A DNA stretch of 64,000 bases from an uncultured Verrucomicrobiota bacterium (lineage in GTDB: Bacteria > Verrucomicrobiota > Verrucomicrobiia > Limisphaerales > J093): assembly GCA_964535555.1 (NCBI GenBank), contig CAZHUS010000025.1, forward strand, positions 18,963-82,962, given 5' to 3'. Positions 17,134-25,693 of this stretch are shown here, in pieces (positions within the stretch are counted from its first letter, which is position 1; each line of letters opens with the position of its first letter). The notes beneath the pieces are model-generated. The model did no database searches. It had not been told where the DNA came from and worked only from the letters and a program-made list of their open reading frames with translations. A program made the translations under genes and the position numbers.

Positions 17134-20100
17134 TTACTTCACCAGTCGGTAGAACTTGGTTCCGGTGGCGGTTGACACGGTCGCGCTGTTCGCACCGGCA
17201 CCCGAGACCGCGGTCCACGCGGCGGTGGTACCCAGGGCGGTGTTCTCCTGCAGCGCGAAGCCACTTCCCTGCCAGGTGAGGGTGAGCTGGCCATTGGCCG
17301 AGGTGTAGCTGAGCGTCGGCGCGGTGGCCGGCGGATTCAGGAAGCTGTCTCCCCGGATGCCGTAGCCGTAAAGCGTGAGCACTTCATCGGCGGACAGGGC
17401 ACGTTCCCAGATGGCGACGTCGTCCAGCAGGCCGTCCCACTCGCCGTCGGTGTACGCTCCCGTTCCGTCTTGGCCCAGGTTAAGGCTGGTACCCTCGGCA
17501 TAGGGGGCTCCCGTTCCCGGGGCGATGCTCACCTCATTGACCTTGAAGCCATCGAGGTAGGTTTCGGCATTGCCGTTGATCTTCCAGACCACGACCACGT
17601 GGGCCCAGTGGCCGTTGTTCAGGACCGGCCCGCCGGCGGTGTAGTCCAGGTCCTTGCGTGCGGCGTCGCTGCGCTTGTAGTTCCACTCGATGCGGCCGTC
17701 GCCCTGCGTGCCGATCGTCCAGCCGGTGTTGCCGCCGCTGCCCCAGTTCTTGTTGGCCACCACGGAGGGATCACCGTCCACGCGTTCGGACTTCATCCAG
17801 AACGCCACCGTGAAGTCACCCGTCTGGCCGAAGGGCAGGGAGGCGCTGTCGCCGAGGGTGACGAAGTTGTAGGTCGAGCTGGAGCGGACGCTGCTGACCT
17901 TGACGGCGCTGGCGCCGATCTGGCCGGCCGCGAAGGTCGGACTGCCGACGGCCGTGCCGTTGCGGTTGTTGCCGGATCCGTCCGTGTAGTTGCCTTCAAA
18001 CGGCAGGTACACCCCAAGGCCGGTCTTGAGACTGGCGGCGTCCTGCGGCGCCTCGACGACGGTCAGGACGGCCTCCTGGCTGGTCACCGAACCGCCCGGA
18101 TTCGAGACGAGGCAGCGGTAAGTCCCGGCGCTCGCCGCCGCGACGGGATCGATGCTGTAGCTGGCCGTGGTCGCACCGGCGATGTCGGTCCCGTTCTTCT
18201 GCCACTGGTAGGTCAGTTGCTGGCCGGAGGCCGCGACGTCGAAAGCGGCCCAGCCACCCGCAACCTTGGTCGCGCTGGCAGGTTGCTTCGTGAGCGCCGG
18301 CGCATCGATCGTGGTGATCGAGTACAGACCCACGTTGTCGACGCCGAAGAACCAGCTCGCGGTGCCGGCTTGGAAGAACCGGAGTTTCACGTTCGCTTGG
18401 TTGTCGGCTTGCGGCAGGCGGAACTTCTCGATGCGATGCGATTCCATTTGATCATCGTTGATGCGCCCGCTGATGTAAGGGGCAAGGTCCTTCCAGGTGT
18501 CCCGGGCAGCCTTCACGAAAGCCCCGTAGGAACGGCCGATTTCCTCACCCGTAACGGGGTCGGTGTACACCGCCGTGTCGTTTTGGGTGGCGGTGAGAGT
18601 GCCTTCGGCATCCGTCGTCCCGTCCGGGTTCTTCACGAGGTCCGCGGCATCGACCATATAGACCACCGGCAGCCAGGTGTTCCCGCCGTCGACCGAGTAC
18701 TCGACCCCGGCGACGTTGTCCTGGTTCTGGGTATAAATGCTGTTGTAAACGAGGTAGATGTCGCTCTTGCCCGTCAGGTTGACGGACGGGGAGAACAGTT
18801 CGGCATACTGGCTGCCGCTGCGGATGTCGGATTCGTGGTAGGCGAACTGGCCTTCGATGAGGTTCTGAATCTTCACGCCATTGATGTAGGCCTCCGGGGT
18901 GTTCAGACGATAGGAGGCGTTCCAGGCGGTGATGCTCGCCACGCGGTCGCGCGAAATGACCACCCAGACCAGGTAACTGTCGGAATTCGGGTTGTCCAGG
19001 TCCTCGTTTCCTTGGGGAGTGAACGGGGTCACCGTGGTCCAACCCTGGGGCATGGCGCCTTCCTGGACGGAGTCGAACTTCTCGATCCAGATCGGGGCCG
19101 GCAGCGTGTAGTTGGCGTACGGCGCGACCGTGTAACTGATCAAGGCTTCCCGACCGCCGGCCTGAGTCGGATCGTCGAAGCGAAGCGTGTACTTTTCCAC
19201 CACCAACGAGTCGGGGAGGACGGCGGGCGTGTAACTGACCTTGGTGACGTTCCCGGACTTGGGTCCGATCGTGGCGGCGGCGGTCACGTCGGTGCCATTG
19301 CGAAGCAGCCTCACGGATGACGCGTTCAGCGCGGTCGATCCGTCCTTGATCAGAGCCGTGAGCCCGGTCGAAGGCGGCACGTTCACGGCGCCGGGCAAGG
19401 GCGAGAGTCCGCTGATCGTCGGGCCCGTGGTGACGGCATTGGCCTTGAGGGAGCGGTAGCAGGCGGTTCCGCCAAACTCATTGAGCAGAATGCGGTTGGA
19501 GGTATCCGTGTTGTCGGCCGTGTACCAGCGCACGCTATAGCCGCCGCCGCCTTGCTCCCAGACGAGCCGGAACGGGTAAACGCCCGCCTTGCTCACCGTG
19601 AAGCTGAACACCTTGTCTGCCGTCGAGGGATCCTGGACCAGGAGAATCTCCGACACGCGGTCCTGGATGTTGCCCGTGGTCACCTTCGCACCGTCATCGC
19701 CGGTGACCACCATCGTGTAAGTCCCGGGAGTCAACTCGACGTAGGTGATGGCCTCGATCGCGATGTTGATGGTGGTTCCTTCAAGTCCCGGGATGCCCGG
19801 GAAGTACGAGCCGTCGTACGAGAGGGTGGCCTCTTCGAAGTAGGTCCCGTCCGCGTTGAACGTGGAAAGGTCGGCAATGTTCTCGAACGGTTGGCCGGTG
19901 GCCGGATTGACCAGCAGCCCGGCCATCTGAGCCTCGGCGCGCGCCAGGGTGTTCGGCTGCTGCGCCCCGGTCACCTGGGACACGCGGACGACAAAGCCCG
20001 GTTTGGTCTTGTCGAGCGCGGTGGACGGGAGGGCCACCGATTCGGGAATGACGGTCTGGGCCTGGGCGAGGGCGGCGCCGAGCGTCGCGCCGGCAACGCC

Positions 20101-20139
20101 TCCGAGCATGATCAGCCTGTGTTTCTTATTGGATTTCAT
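17134..20139 (-). CDS. Large secreted protein with Ig-like (I-set) and LamG/concanavalin-A-like lectin domains
   Basis: Signal peptide MKSNKKHRLIMLGGVAGATLGAALAQA (ATG 20139). Ig-like QLTYQWQKNGTDIAGATTASYSI...AGTYRCLVSNPGGSVTS. LamG-like FTVAFWMKS...WAHVVVVW...LDDVAIWERALSADEV. C-terminal ...TKFYRLVK. Confidence 0.8.
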   Translation of the reverse strand: MKSNKKHRLIMLGGVAGATLGAALAQAQTVIPESVALPSTALDKTKPGFVVRVSQVTGAQQPNTLARAEAQMAGLLVNPATGQPFENIADLSTFNADGTYFEEATLSYDGSYFPGIPGLEGTTINIAIEAITYVELTPGTYTMVVTGDDGAKVTTGNIQDRVSEILLVQDPSTADKVFSFTVSKAGVYPFRLVWEQGGGGYSVRWYTADNTDTSNRILLNEFGGTACYRSLKANAVTTGPTISGLSPLPGAVNVPPSTGLTALIKDGSTALNASSVRLLRNGTDVTAAATIGPKSGNVTKVSYTPAVLPDSLVVEKYTLRFDDPTQAGGREALISYTVAPYANYTLPAPIWIEKFDSVQEGAMPQGWTTVTPFTPQGNEDLDNPNSDSYLVWVVISRDRVASITAWNASYRLNTPEAYINGVKIQNLIEGQFAYHESDIRSGSQYAELFSPSVNLTGKSDIYLVYNSIYTQNQDNVAGVEYSVDGGNTWLPVVYMVDAADLVKNPDGTTDAEGTLTATQNDTAVYTDPVTGEEIGRSYGAFVKAARDTWKDLAPYISGRINDDQMESHRIEKFRLPQADNQANVKLRFFQAGTASWFFGVDNVGLYSITTIDAPALTKQPASATKVAGGWAAFDVAASGQQLTYQWQKNGTDIAGATTASYSIDPVAAASAGTYRCLVSNPGGSVTSQEAVLTVVEAPQDAASLKTGLGVYLPFEGNYTDGSGNNRNGTAVGSPTFAAGQIGASAVKVSSVRSSSTYNFVTLGDSASLPFGQTGDFTVAFWMKSERVDGDPSVVANKNWGSGGNTGWTIGTQGDGRIEWNYKRSDAARKDLDYTAGGPVLNNGHWAHVVVVWKINGNAETYLDGFKVNEVSIAPGTGAPYAEGTSLNLGQDGTGAYTDGEWDGLLDDVAIWERALSADEVLTLYGYGIRGDSFLNPPATAPTLSYTSANGQLTLTWQGSGFALQENTALGTTAAWTAVSGAGANSATVSTATGTKFYRLVK

Positions 20140-20215
20140 TAGGATCTGTAGTTCAACGGTAGGAGGCATTTACTCCCATTCTGCGTCGGTTGCCAGCTCT
20201 TTTTTCTTCGCCCGC

Positions 20216-20644
20216 TTACCGCTGCCCCGTGCCAAGTCTCCTGCTCATGGCGGAACGCGACTCGGATCTCAGGGCAGCTCCGGCCTCCCAGGGCCGGGGT
20301 GTCCTTGCCGGCCGCGCCGGTTTCGGCGAAATCTCGAGGCACGGCACGTGCTCGAGCCGGGAGGCGACGCGGAGTCGGGTCCAATCCGTCTTCGACGCGA
20401 CAGCGGCAACCGCCGTCCTGAGGTCCTTCAGTGCCGTCCAGAACTTGGGGATGTCAGCTTTGTATGCTTTGTCCACCGGGTCTTCGTTGTTGACGTCGCG
20501 ACCGGAGGGCCAGTGCGGCGGTCGGAAGGATTGCTCGAGGAGAACAGTCCCGCCGATGCAGGACTGTTCGACCTCGATTCGGAGCGTGTCAACGTGCCCG
20601 TACCCGCCTTCCGCATTGCGGGCGGCGCGACGGCGTGTAAACAC
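20216..20644 (-). pseudogene. Coding-like ORF or gene remnant of unknown family
   Basis: The segment ...GYGHVDTLRIEVEQSCIGGTVLLEQSFRPPHWPSGRDVNNEDPVDKAYKADIPKFWTALKDLRTAVAAV has protein-like composition and GC3-rich codons. However, the only start is a GTG 5 nt from the divergent spmA/B-like start, and the C-terminal third is R/P/A-rich. Confidence 0.2.
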
Positions 20645-20649
20645 GCGCC

Positions 20650-21969
20650 ATGCTGAATTACATCTGGCTGGGCCTGGTGCTGGCCGCCGTGCTGTTGGGT
20701 GGCGCGCGCGGCCGCCTTCCGGAGCTGACGGAGGCGGTGTTCGAAAGCGCCAAGACCGCGGTCGTCACCATCGCCATCCCGCTGATCGGAGTCACGGCGC
20801 TCTGGATGGGGATCATGCGGCTGGCCGAGAGGGCGGGCATGATCCAGTCCCTCGCCCACCTGCTCAGGCCGGCGCTGCGGTGGCTCTTCCCGGAAGTGCC
20901 CGCGGGACACCCGGCCATGGGATCGATGTTGATGAACATCGCGGCGAACATGATCGGCCTCACCAACGCCGCGACGCCTCTGGGCCTCCGGGCCATGGCG
21001 GATCTGGAGCGTCTCAACCGGATTCCCGGGACGGCCTCGAACGCGATGTGCACGTTCCTGGCCATCAACACCAGCTCGGTCCAACTGCTGCCCACCACCG
21101 CCATCGGCATTCTCGCCGCCGCCGGATCCGCCCACCCCACGGCGATCGTTGGCACCGCCTTGCTCGCGACGCTCTGTTCCACCGCGGTCGGCATTGCGGC
21201 CGTGAAGGCGTTGCAGCGATTACCCCGCTTTCAACTGTCTCCCAGCGCCGAGGCGTTGTCGGTCCCCGTGACCGAGCCACCCGAGACCGTGGCGCTTCCG
21301 ACGGGGCACGCGCCCTTGCCGGTTTGGGGGTGGCCGCTGTTCGCCGCCTTTTTCGGGTTCTTCGCCTGGTTGATGCTGCATCAAATGGCGCAGCGTCCCT
21401 TGACGGGGAACGCAAGCGCCGGCGTCTTCGTCACCGCGATGAATGCCGTCGCCGTGATCGCGATTCCGCTGCTGCTGAGTTTCTTTCCGCTGTACGCGGC
21501 GGTGCGTCGCGTCCCGGTGTACGAGGAGTTTGTCGAGGGCGCCAAGGAGGGGTTCCATGTGGCCGTACGCGTCATTCCGTTCCTGGTCGCGATGCTGGTG
21601 GCGGTGGGCATGTTCCGGGCGGCCGGGGGCATTGATCTGCTGGCACGGGGGCTGGGGCCGGTTCTGAACGCGGTTGGTTTTCCGACCGATCTGCTGCCGC
21701 TGACCCTCATGCGTCCGCTCAGTGGGAGCGCCAGCATCGGGTTGTTCACCGAGTTGGTGAACTCGCATGGTCCCGACAGCCTCGTCAGCCGCATGGGGGC
21801 GACCGTGCTGGGCAGCACTGAAACCACCCTCTATGTCGTGGCGGTCTACTTTGGGGCCGTGGGAGTCCGGCGCACGCGCCATGCCGTGGCGGCAGGGCTG
21901 CTGGCCGATCTGACCGGCGTGATCGCCTCGGTGGCGATTTGTTGGTTGGTGTTTGGCCGCGGCGGTTGA
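20650..21969 (+). CDS. Nucleoside-recognition-domain membrane protein (fused SpmA/SpmB-like)
   Basis: The N-terminus MLNYIWLGLVLAAVLLGG is typical of SpmA-like proteins. It is 439 aa and polytopic. Confidence 0.75.
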   Translation: MLNYIWLGLVLAAVLLGGARGRLPELTEAVFESAKTAVVTIAIPLIGVTALWMGIMRLAERAGMIQSLAHLLRPALRWLFPEVPAGHPAMGSMLMNIAANMIGLTNAATPLGLRAMADLERLNRIPGTASNAMCTFLAINTSSVQLLPTTAIGILAAAGSAHPTAIVGTALLATLCSTAVGIAAVKALQRLPRFQLSPSAEALSVPVTEPPETVALPTGHAPLPVWGWPLFAAFFGFFAWLMLHQMAQRPLTGNASAGVFVTAMNAVAVIAIPLLLSFFPLYAAVRRVPVYEEFVEGAKEGFHVAVRVIPFLVAMLVAVGMFRAAGGIDLLARGLGPVLNAVGFPTDLLPLTLMRPLSGSASIGLFTELVNSHGPDSLVSRMGATVLGSTETTLYVVAVYFGAVGVRRTRHAVAAGLLADLTGVIASVAICWLVFGRGG

Positions 21970-22145
21970 GCATCCCGGGCTCAGAGCCCCTCGGCCGTCG
22001 GTTGAGCGAGGCTGCACCGCGTTGCGGTTGCGAGCGAGGTAGGGCGGGCACACCGTGGCCCGCCGGTCACGGCTCGCGGGACGCTCGCCCCACCAATGCA
22101 AACCCGGTGAGGCAAGGTTGTCCCAGGCTGGTCCGGACGCGGCGA

Positions 22146-25124
22146 CTACGGCGACCCGGTTCCCGAAACGAGGAAGGCAAGTAGGTCGAGGATCTCGTCG
22201 AGGGTGAGGACGTCGAGCAACCCCTCCGGCATCGGCGAGAGTTGGGACGGTCTCGTGGACAACACGGACTCGGCGGGAAGCCGTGTTTGCGCTCCGGTGC
22301 GCCAATCGGTCTCGAGCACGACCTCGCCAGCGGTTTGCTGAACCAGGCGACCGGTGACGGTGTCGCCGTCCTTCAGCTCCACGGTGAGGTTCTGGTACTG
22401 CTCCGAGACCACTTTGGAAGGCTCTAACAGGCTTTGGAGGATGTCGCGCTGCGTGTACTTGCTCGAGAGCGCGTTCAGTTCGGGACCGGCGGCCCCGCCT
22501 TCATTCCCCAGGCGATGACAGGCCAGACATTGCAGGTCGAGAAACGCCTGGCGGCCGCGCTTGAGGTCACGCCCGACGGCCGAGGTTTCGAGCTGGGGCA
22601 GGATCTCCGTGGTGGTCCACTGCTTCACGAAGCTCCGTGGCGTGGCCGGAAGACTCTGGCCGCGGCTGATCGGACGTTCCAGAACCTCCGCGAGCGAGCG
22701 CCGCTCGTCCTCAGTCAACGCGCTCACGGTTTCCGCATGCAGTTCGGTGAGATGCCGGTCCACCAGGGCGCCGTCCACATACACCCGGTCGACCTCGGCA
22801 AACCAGGCCAGCAGTTCGGCGGGATGCTGGCCTGCGGATCGCGGCCGCTGCCACCAGGCAAGCAGGCGCCGGCGAGTTTCGAGGGTCCAGCCCCGGCGCA
22901 GATTTCGGAGCTGGGCCGCATAGAACAACTGGTCCTCGATGAGCGGCAAGCCCGCCATGAGCTCGAGCGTTTTCGGGATCGCCGACGGGGCTTCGAGGAA
23001 GATCAAAATGCGCGCCAACTCCGGGTCCAGGTTCCGCGAGCCGGTGGGGTACGCAGGCTCGAGTTCGGCCCGCAGTTGCGCGGCGATCGTCGGGCGGGGC
23101 CGCCCCCAGCGAACGAGGGCCAGCTGGGCGGCGCGGATCTTCAGCAGCTTCGCGTCGTCCGGAAGCGTCCGCAGCTCGTAGCGACTCCACGCTCGCCAAA
23201 ACCCGGGAGCGTCCGGTTCCTCGCCCACCCGCGCGAGCGCGAGGAGTGCGGCCAGCGAAGTCAGCGATTTCGTTTCGCTGAAAGCACGAGCCCGCCATCC
23301 TTCCGCCGGTTGTGACTCCAGGGCCACGCGCGCGGCGTGCCGCAGGAACGGATCGGGGTGGCCCAGGTACTCCCACGCCAGCTCGACCGCCTTCGGATCA
23401 ATGCGGCCATGAAGCGCTTCAAGCCGATGGCGCAAGGCCCTCGCCTGTGGCGCAGGGGTGTCCGTCGCCTCCGGGGCTGCCGATTGAGCGACGCCACTCG
23501 CGGTGCCTTCATGGCTCACCCGGTACAAACCGGATTGGGTGCCGCGTCCTCCGGTGACGAAGTACAGCGCCCCGTCGGGGCCGAAGTCCATGGCGGTCAG
23601 GTTGAGCGGTCGCCCCCGCAGAAACGGCTCGACGCTTCCCCGATAGGAGGCGCCCTCGGGAACCAGGTGAACGGCCATGATCCGCCCATAGGACCAGTCC
23701 TGCACGAAAAGCGCCCGCTTCATGCGCGGGGGGAAACTGCTGCGGGTGCCGGCCTTCACGCCGCACGGGGAGCCAATCCCCACGTTCACGACAGGCGGCA
23801 AGCTGTCCGGGAGGTACTCCGGCCAGATCCGCCGACCATCACGCCAGCCGTAGTCGGCGCCCGATACCGCATGAAGGACCCGCGTGGGCACATACCAAGG
23901 CGTGCCCCAGTTCCACTCGTTGTCGCTGTCGAACGTGAACAACTCGCCGTCCGCGTTGAAATCGAATCCGTAAGCGTTGCGGAGCCCTCCGACGATCAAC
24001 TCCCAATGCCGACCCTCGAGGTCCGTCCGGGCAATGTAGCCGGCGGGCGGGGGGATGCCGGTGACACGGCCGAGTTCGTCGGGATTCAGCGAAAGGACGT
24101 CCTCGCCCTGGTGGCGCAGCGGGGAGTGGGGGGAGATGCCCTCCGGGGGTTTGGTCATGTTCCCGTTGAGGACGTAGAGCTTGCCGTCGGGCCCCAACGC
24201 CAGGGCATGGTGACCATGTTCGCCGCCCACCGAGAACGCCTTGAGGAGCCGGGTTTCCGCGGCGTCGAACCGGTCGTCGCCATCGACGTCCTGGAGTTGG
24301 TACAAGCCGGTGCCCTTGGGTCCGCGCCCGCTCACGTAGAGGCTCCCGTTCACATCGAGCAATCCCATCGCCTGTCCGACCGGAGCCGCCACGCGCTCGA
24401 CCCGTTCGAGCCGCCGGCTTGCATCGAAGCTGATTCGAAGCAGGGGCACCTCGGGGTTCTCCGCCGACACCAGGAGCCGGCCGCGCGCGTCGAACGCCGT
24501 GCAGATCCACGAGCCCTCGTCGGGCCGCGCCGAGCGGAGCAACTCCACCCTGTATCCGGCGGGCACCTGGATCGATTCGGCAGGCGTGGCTGAAGGGCGC
24601 GCCAGCACGTCGCCCCAGGGCGGCATGCCGTGCGGCCCCAGGGCGATGGCCGGCTTCCAATCCGCGGCGGCGAAGGCGAGTTCGTTCCAGCCGGGCTGCT
24701 CGCGAGACGCCGTGAGCCAGTTTGTGTCGCTCACGACGATCCCTCCCCGCTCGCCGCCGAGGTTCAGGTGGACGAGGAGGCCTGCCGGCCCGGAGAGGTT
24801 CCGGACGCGAACGGCCAGGACATTGTCGCCCTGATTGAGATTCACGCTCACCTCGGCCCGGACAGGGGCATCCCATGCCGCGGAGCGCGCGACCGGTTGT
24901 CCGTTGAGGAAAAACTCGGCCTCGTCATCGGCCGTCGCGGTCAGACGCGCGTTCCAGGTGTAGGGAGGGGTGCGGAAGCTCCGGCGGAAGAGGACGGTGC
25001 GCGCGCCCGAAGCCTCGTTCGGGGCACCGACCTCGTCCCAAATCCACTGGGGATCCTGCGCGCGAACGGAGGAATTCCCCGCCAGAATCAGGGTGACGGC
25101 GGTCACGAGGATGAAACGCAGCAT
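22146..25124 (-). CDS. Secreted fusion protein: dehydrogenase-like beta-propeller domain + HEAT-like repeats + C-terminal c-type cytochrome domain
   Basis: Signal peptide MLRFILVTAVTLILAGNSSVRAQ. Propeller-like blades (GSLYVSGRG, HHALALGPDGKLYVLNGN, GELFTFDSDNEW, GALYFVTGG). Helical repeat region. Heme motif CLACH near the C-terminus, followed by a ...PMPEGLL... region. Confidence 0.8.
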   Translation of the reverse strand: MLRFILVTAVTLILAGNSSVRAQDPQWIWDEVGAPNEASGARTVLFRRSFRTPPYTWNARLTATADDEAEFFLNGQPVARSAAWDAPVRAEVSVNLNQGDNVLAVRVRNLSGPAGLLVHLNLGGERGGIVVSDTNWLTASREQPGWNELAFAAADWKPAIALGPHGMPPWGDVLARPSATPAESIQVPAGYRVELLRSARPDEGSWICTAFDARGRLLVSAENPEVPLLRISFDASRRLERVERVAAPVGQAMGLLDVNGSLYVSGRGPKGTGLYQLQDVDGDDRFDAAETRLLKAFSVGGEHGHHALALGPDGKLYVLNGNMTKPPEGISPHSPLRHQGEDVLSLNPDELGRVTGIPPPAGYIARTDLEGRHWELIVGGLRNAYGFDFNADGELFTFDSDNEWNWGTPWYVPTRVLHAVSGADYGWRDGRRIWPEYLPDSLPPVVNVGIGSPCGVKAGTRSSFPPRMKRALFVQDWSYGRIMAVHLVPEGASYRGSVEPFLRGRPLNLTAMDFGPDGALYFVTGGRGTQSGLYRVSHEGTASGVAQSAAPEATDTPAPQARALRHRLEALHGRIDPKAVELAWEYLGHPDPFLRHAARVALESQPAEGWRARAFSETKSLTSLAALLALARVGEEPDAPGFWRAWSRYELRTLPDDAKLLKIRAAQLALVRWGRPRPTIAAQLRAELEPAYPTGSRNLDPELARILIFLEAPSAIPKTLELMAGLPLIEDQLFYAAQLRNLRRGWTLETRRRLLAWWQRPRSAGQHPAELLAWFAEVDRVYVDGALVDRHLTELHAETVSALTEDERRSLAEVLERPISRGQSLPATPRSFVKQWTTTEILPQLETSAVGRDLKRGRQAFLDLQCLACHRLGNEGGAAGPELNALSSKYTQRDILQSLLEPSKVVSEQYQNLTVELKDGDTVTGRLVQQTAGEVVLETDWRTGAQTRLPAESVLSTRPSQLSPMPEGLLDVLTLDEILDLLAFLVSGTGSP

Positions 25125-25247
25125 GGAACCGATAGCTCGGCGTGATAGTGGCGTCGCAGGGCGGCGCGGGCAAGCCGGGTGGGAAGATTGGTGCCTTGAG
25201 GATCGCCTTGGATCGCTCCCAGCTTCTCGACAAGTCTAACGCGCCGC

Positions 25248-25298
25248 TTGACAAGGATTGCCTACGGGCGTAGTCAGTTTGCCGACATCTGTAGGCAA
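25248..25298 (+). promoter_or_regulatory. Putative sigma70 promoter (TTGACA-N17-TAGTCA) overlapped by two BlaI/CopY-type palindromic operator candidates
   Basis: TTGACA at 25248-25253 and TAGTCA at 25271-25276. Site 1 is TTGCCTACGGGCGTAG (25258-25273, CTAC-N4-GTAG). Site 2 is TTGCCGACATCTGTAGGCAA (25279-25298), an imperfect 20-bp palindrome containing an ACA-N2-TGT core like cop/bla boxes. It lies 12 nt upstream of the blaI-like ATG. Confidence 0.45.
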
Positions 25299-25309
25299 GC
25301 CGGACCAGC

Positions 25310-25693
25310 ATGAAACCCGTGCCGCGCATCAGCGAAACCGAGTGGGAAGTCATGAGAGTCGTGTGGGACCGCCATCCCATCACCGCCGCGGAGATCATCG
25401 CGGCGCTCACCGGCCAGGACTCGACCTGGCATCCCAAGACCATCCGAACCTACCTCGCCCGCCTGGTGCAAAAAGGCGCTCTCGATTTCAAGCCCGAGGG
25501 CAATCGTTACCGGTATGAGCCGCGGGCGAGCGAGTCGGAGTGTGCCGCGGCGGCCACGGAGTCCTTCCTGGACCGGGTGTTCGGCGGTTCGCTGCGGCCG
25601 ATGCTGGCGCACCTCGTGCAGCAACGGAGACCTTCGCGGCGCGAGATCGAGGAACTGAAGCGCATTCTGGATGGAAAGGAGGAGCGGTTGTGA
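25310..25693 (+). CDS. BlaI/MecI/CopY-family transcriptional repressor
   Basis: ISETEWEVMRVVWDRHPITAAEIIAAL...WHPKTIRTYLARLVQKGAL is the winged-helix Penicillinase_R domain (PF03965-like). Confidence 0.9.
   Translation: MKPVPRISETEWEVMRVVWDRHPITAAEIIAALTGQDSTWHPKTIRTYLARLVQKGALDFKPEGNRYRYEPRASESECAAAATESFLDRVFGGSLRPMLAHLVQQRRPSRREIEELKRILDGKEERL

Noticed and set aside
17470-19320. 616-aa plus-strand ORF
   Set aside because: It is antisense to the Ig/LamG secreted protein gene, which has clear domain motifs and a signal peptide. The plus-strand translation is G/R/V/A-rich without recognisable features.
20219-20236. Possible sigma54 promoter on the minus strand (TTGGCACGGGGCAGCGG) upstream of the Ig/LamG gene
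   Set aside because: The -12 element is AGCG rather than TTGC. The GG-to-GC spacing is one nt short of the required TGGCAC-N5-TTGC geometry. A second candidate (CTGGCAACCGACGCAG) has even shorter spacing.
25540-25689. Upstream extension of the BlaR1-like ORF overlapping the blaI-like gene
   Set aside because: The extension overlaps the repressor gene in another frame and is R/G-rich. The GTG at 25690 gives the typical M56 N-terminus and the GTGA stop/start overlap common in blaI-blaR1 operons.
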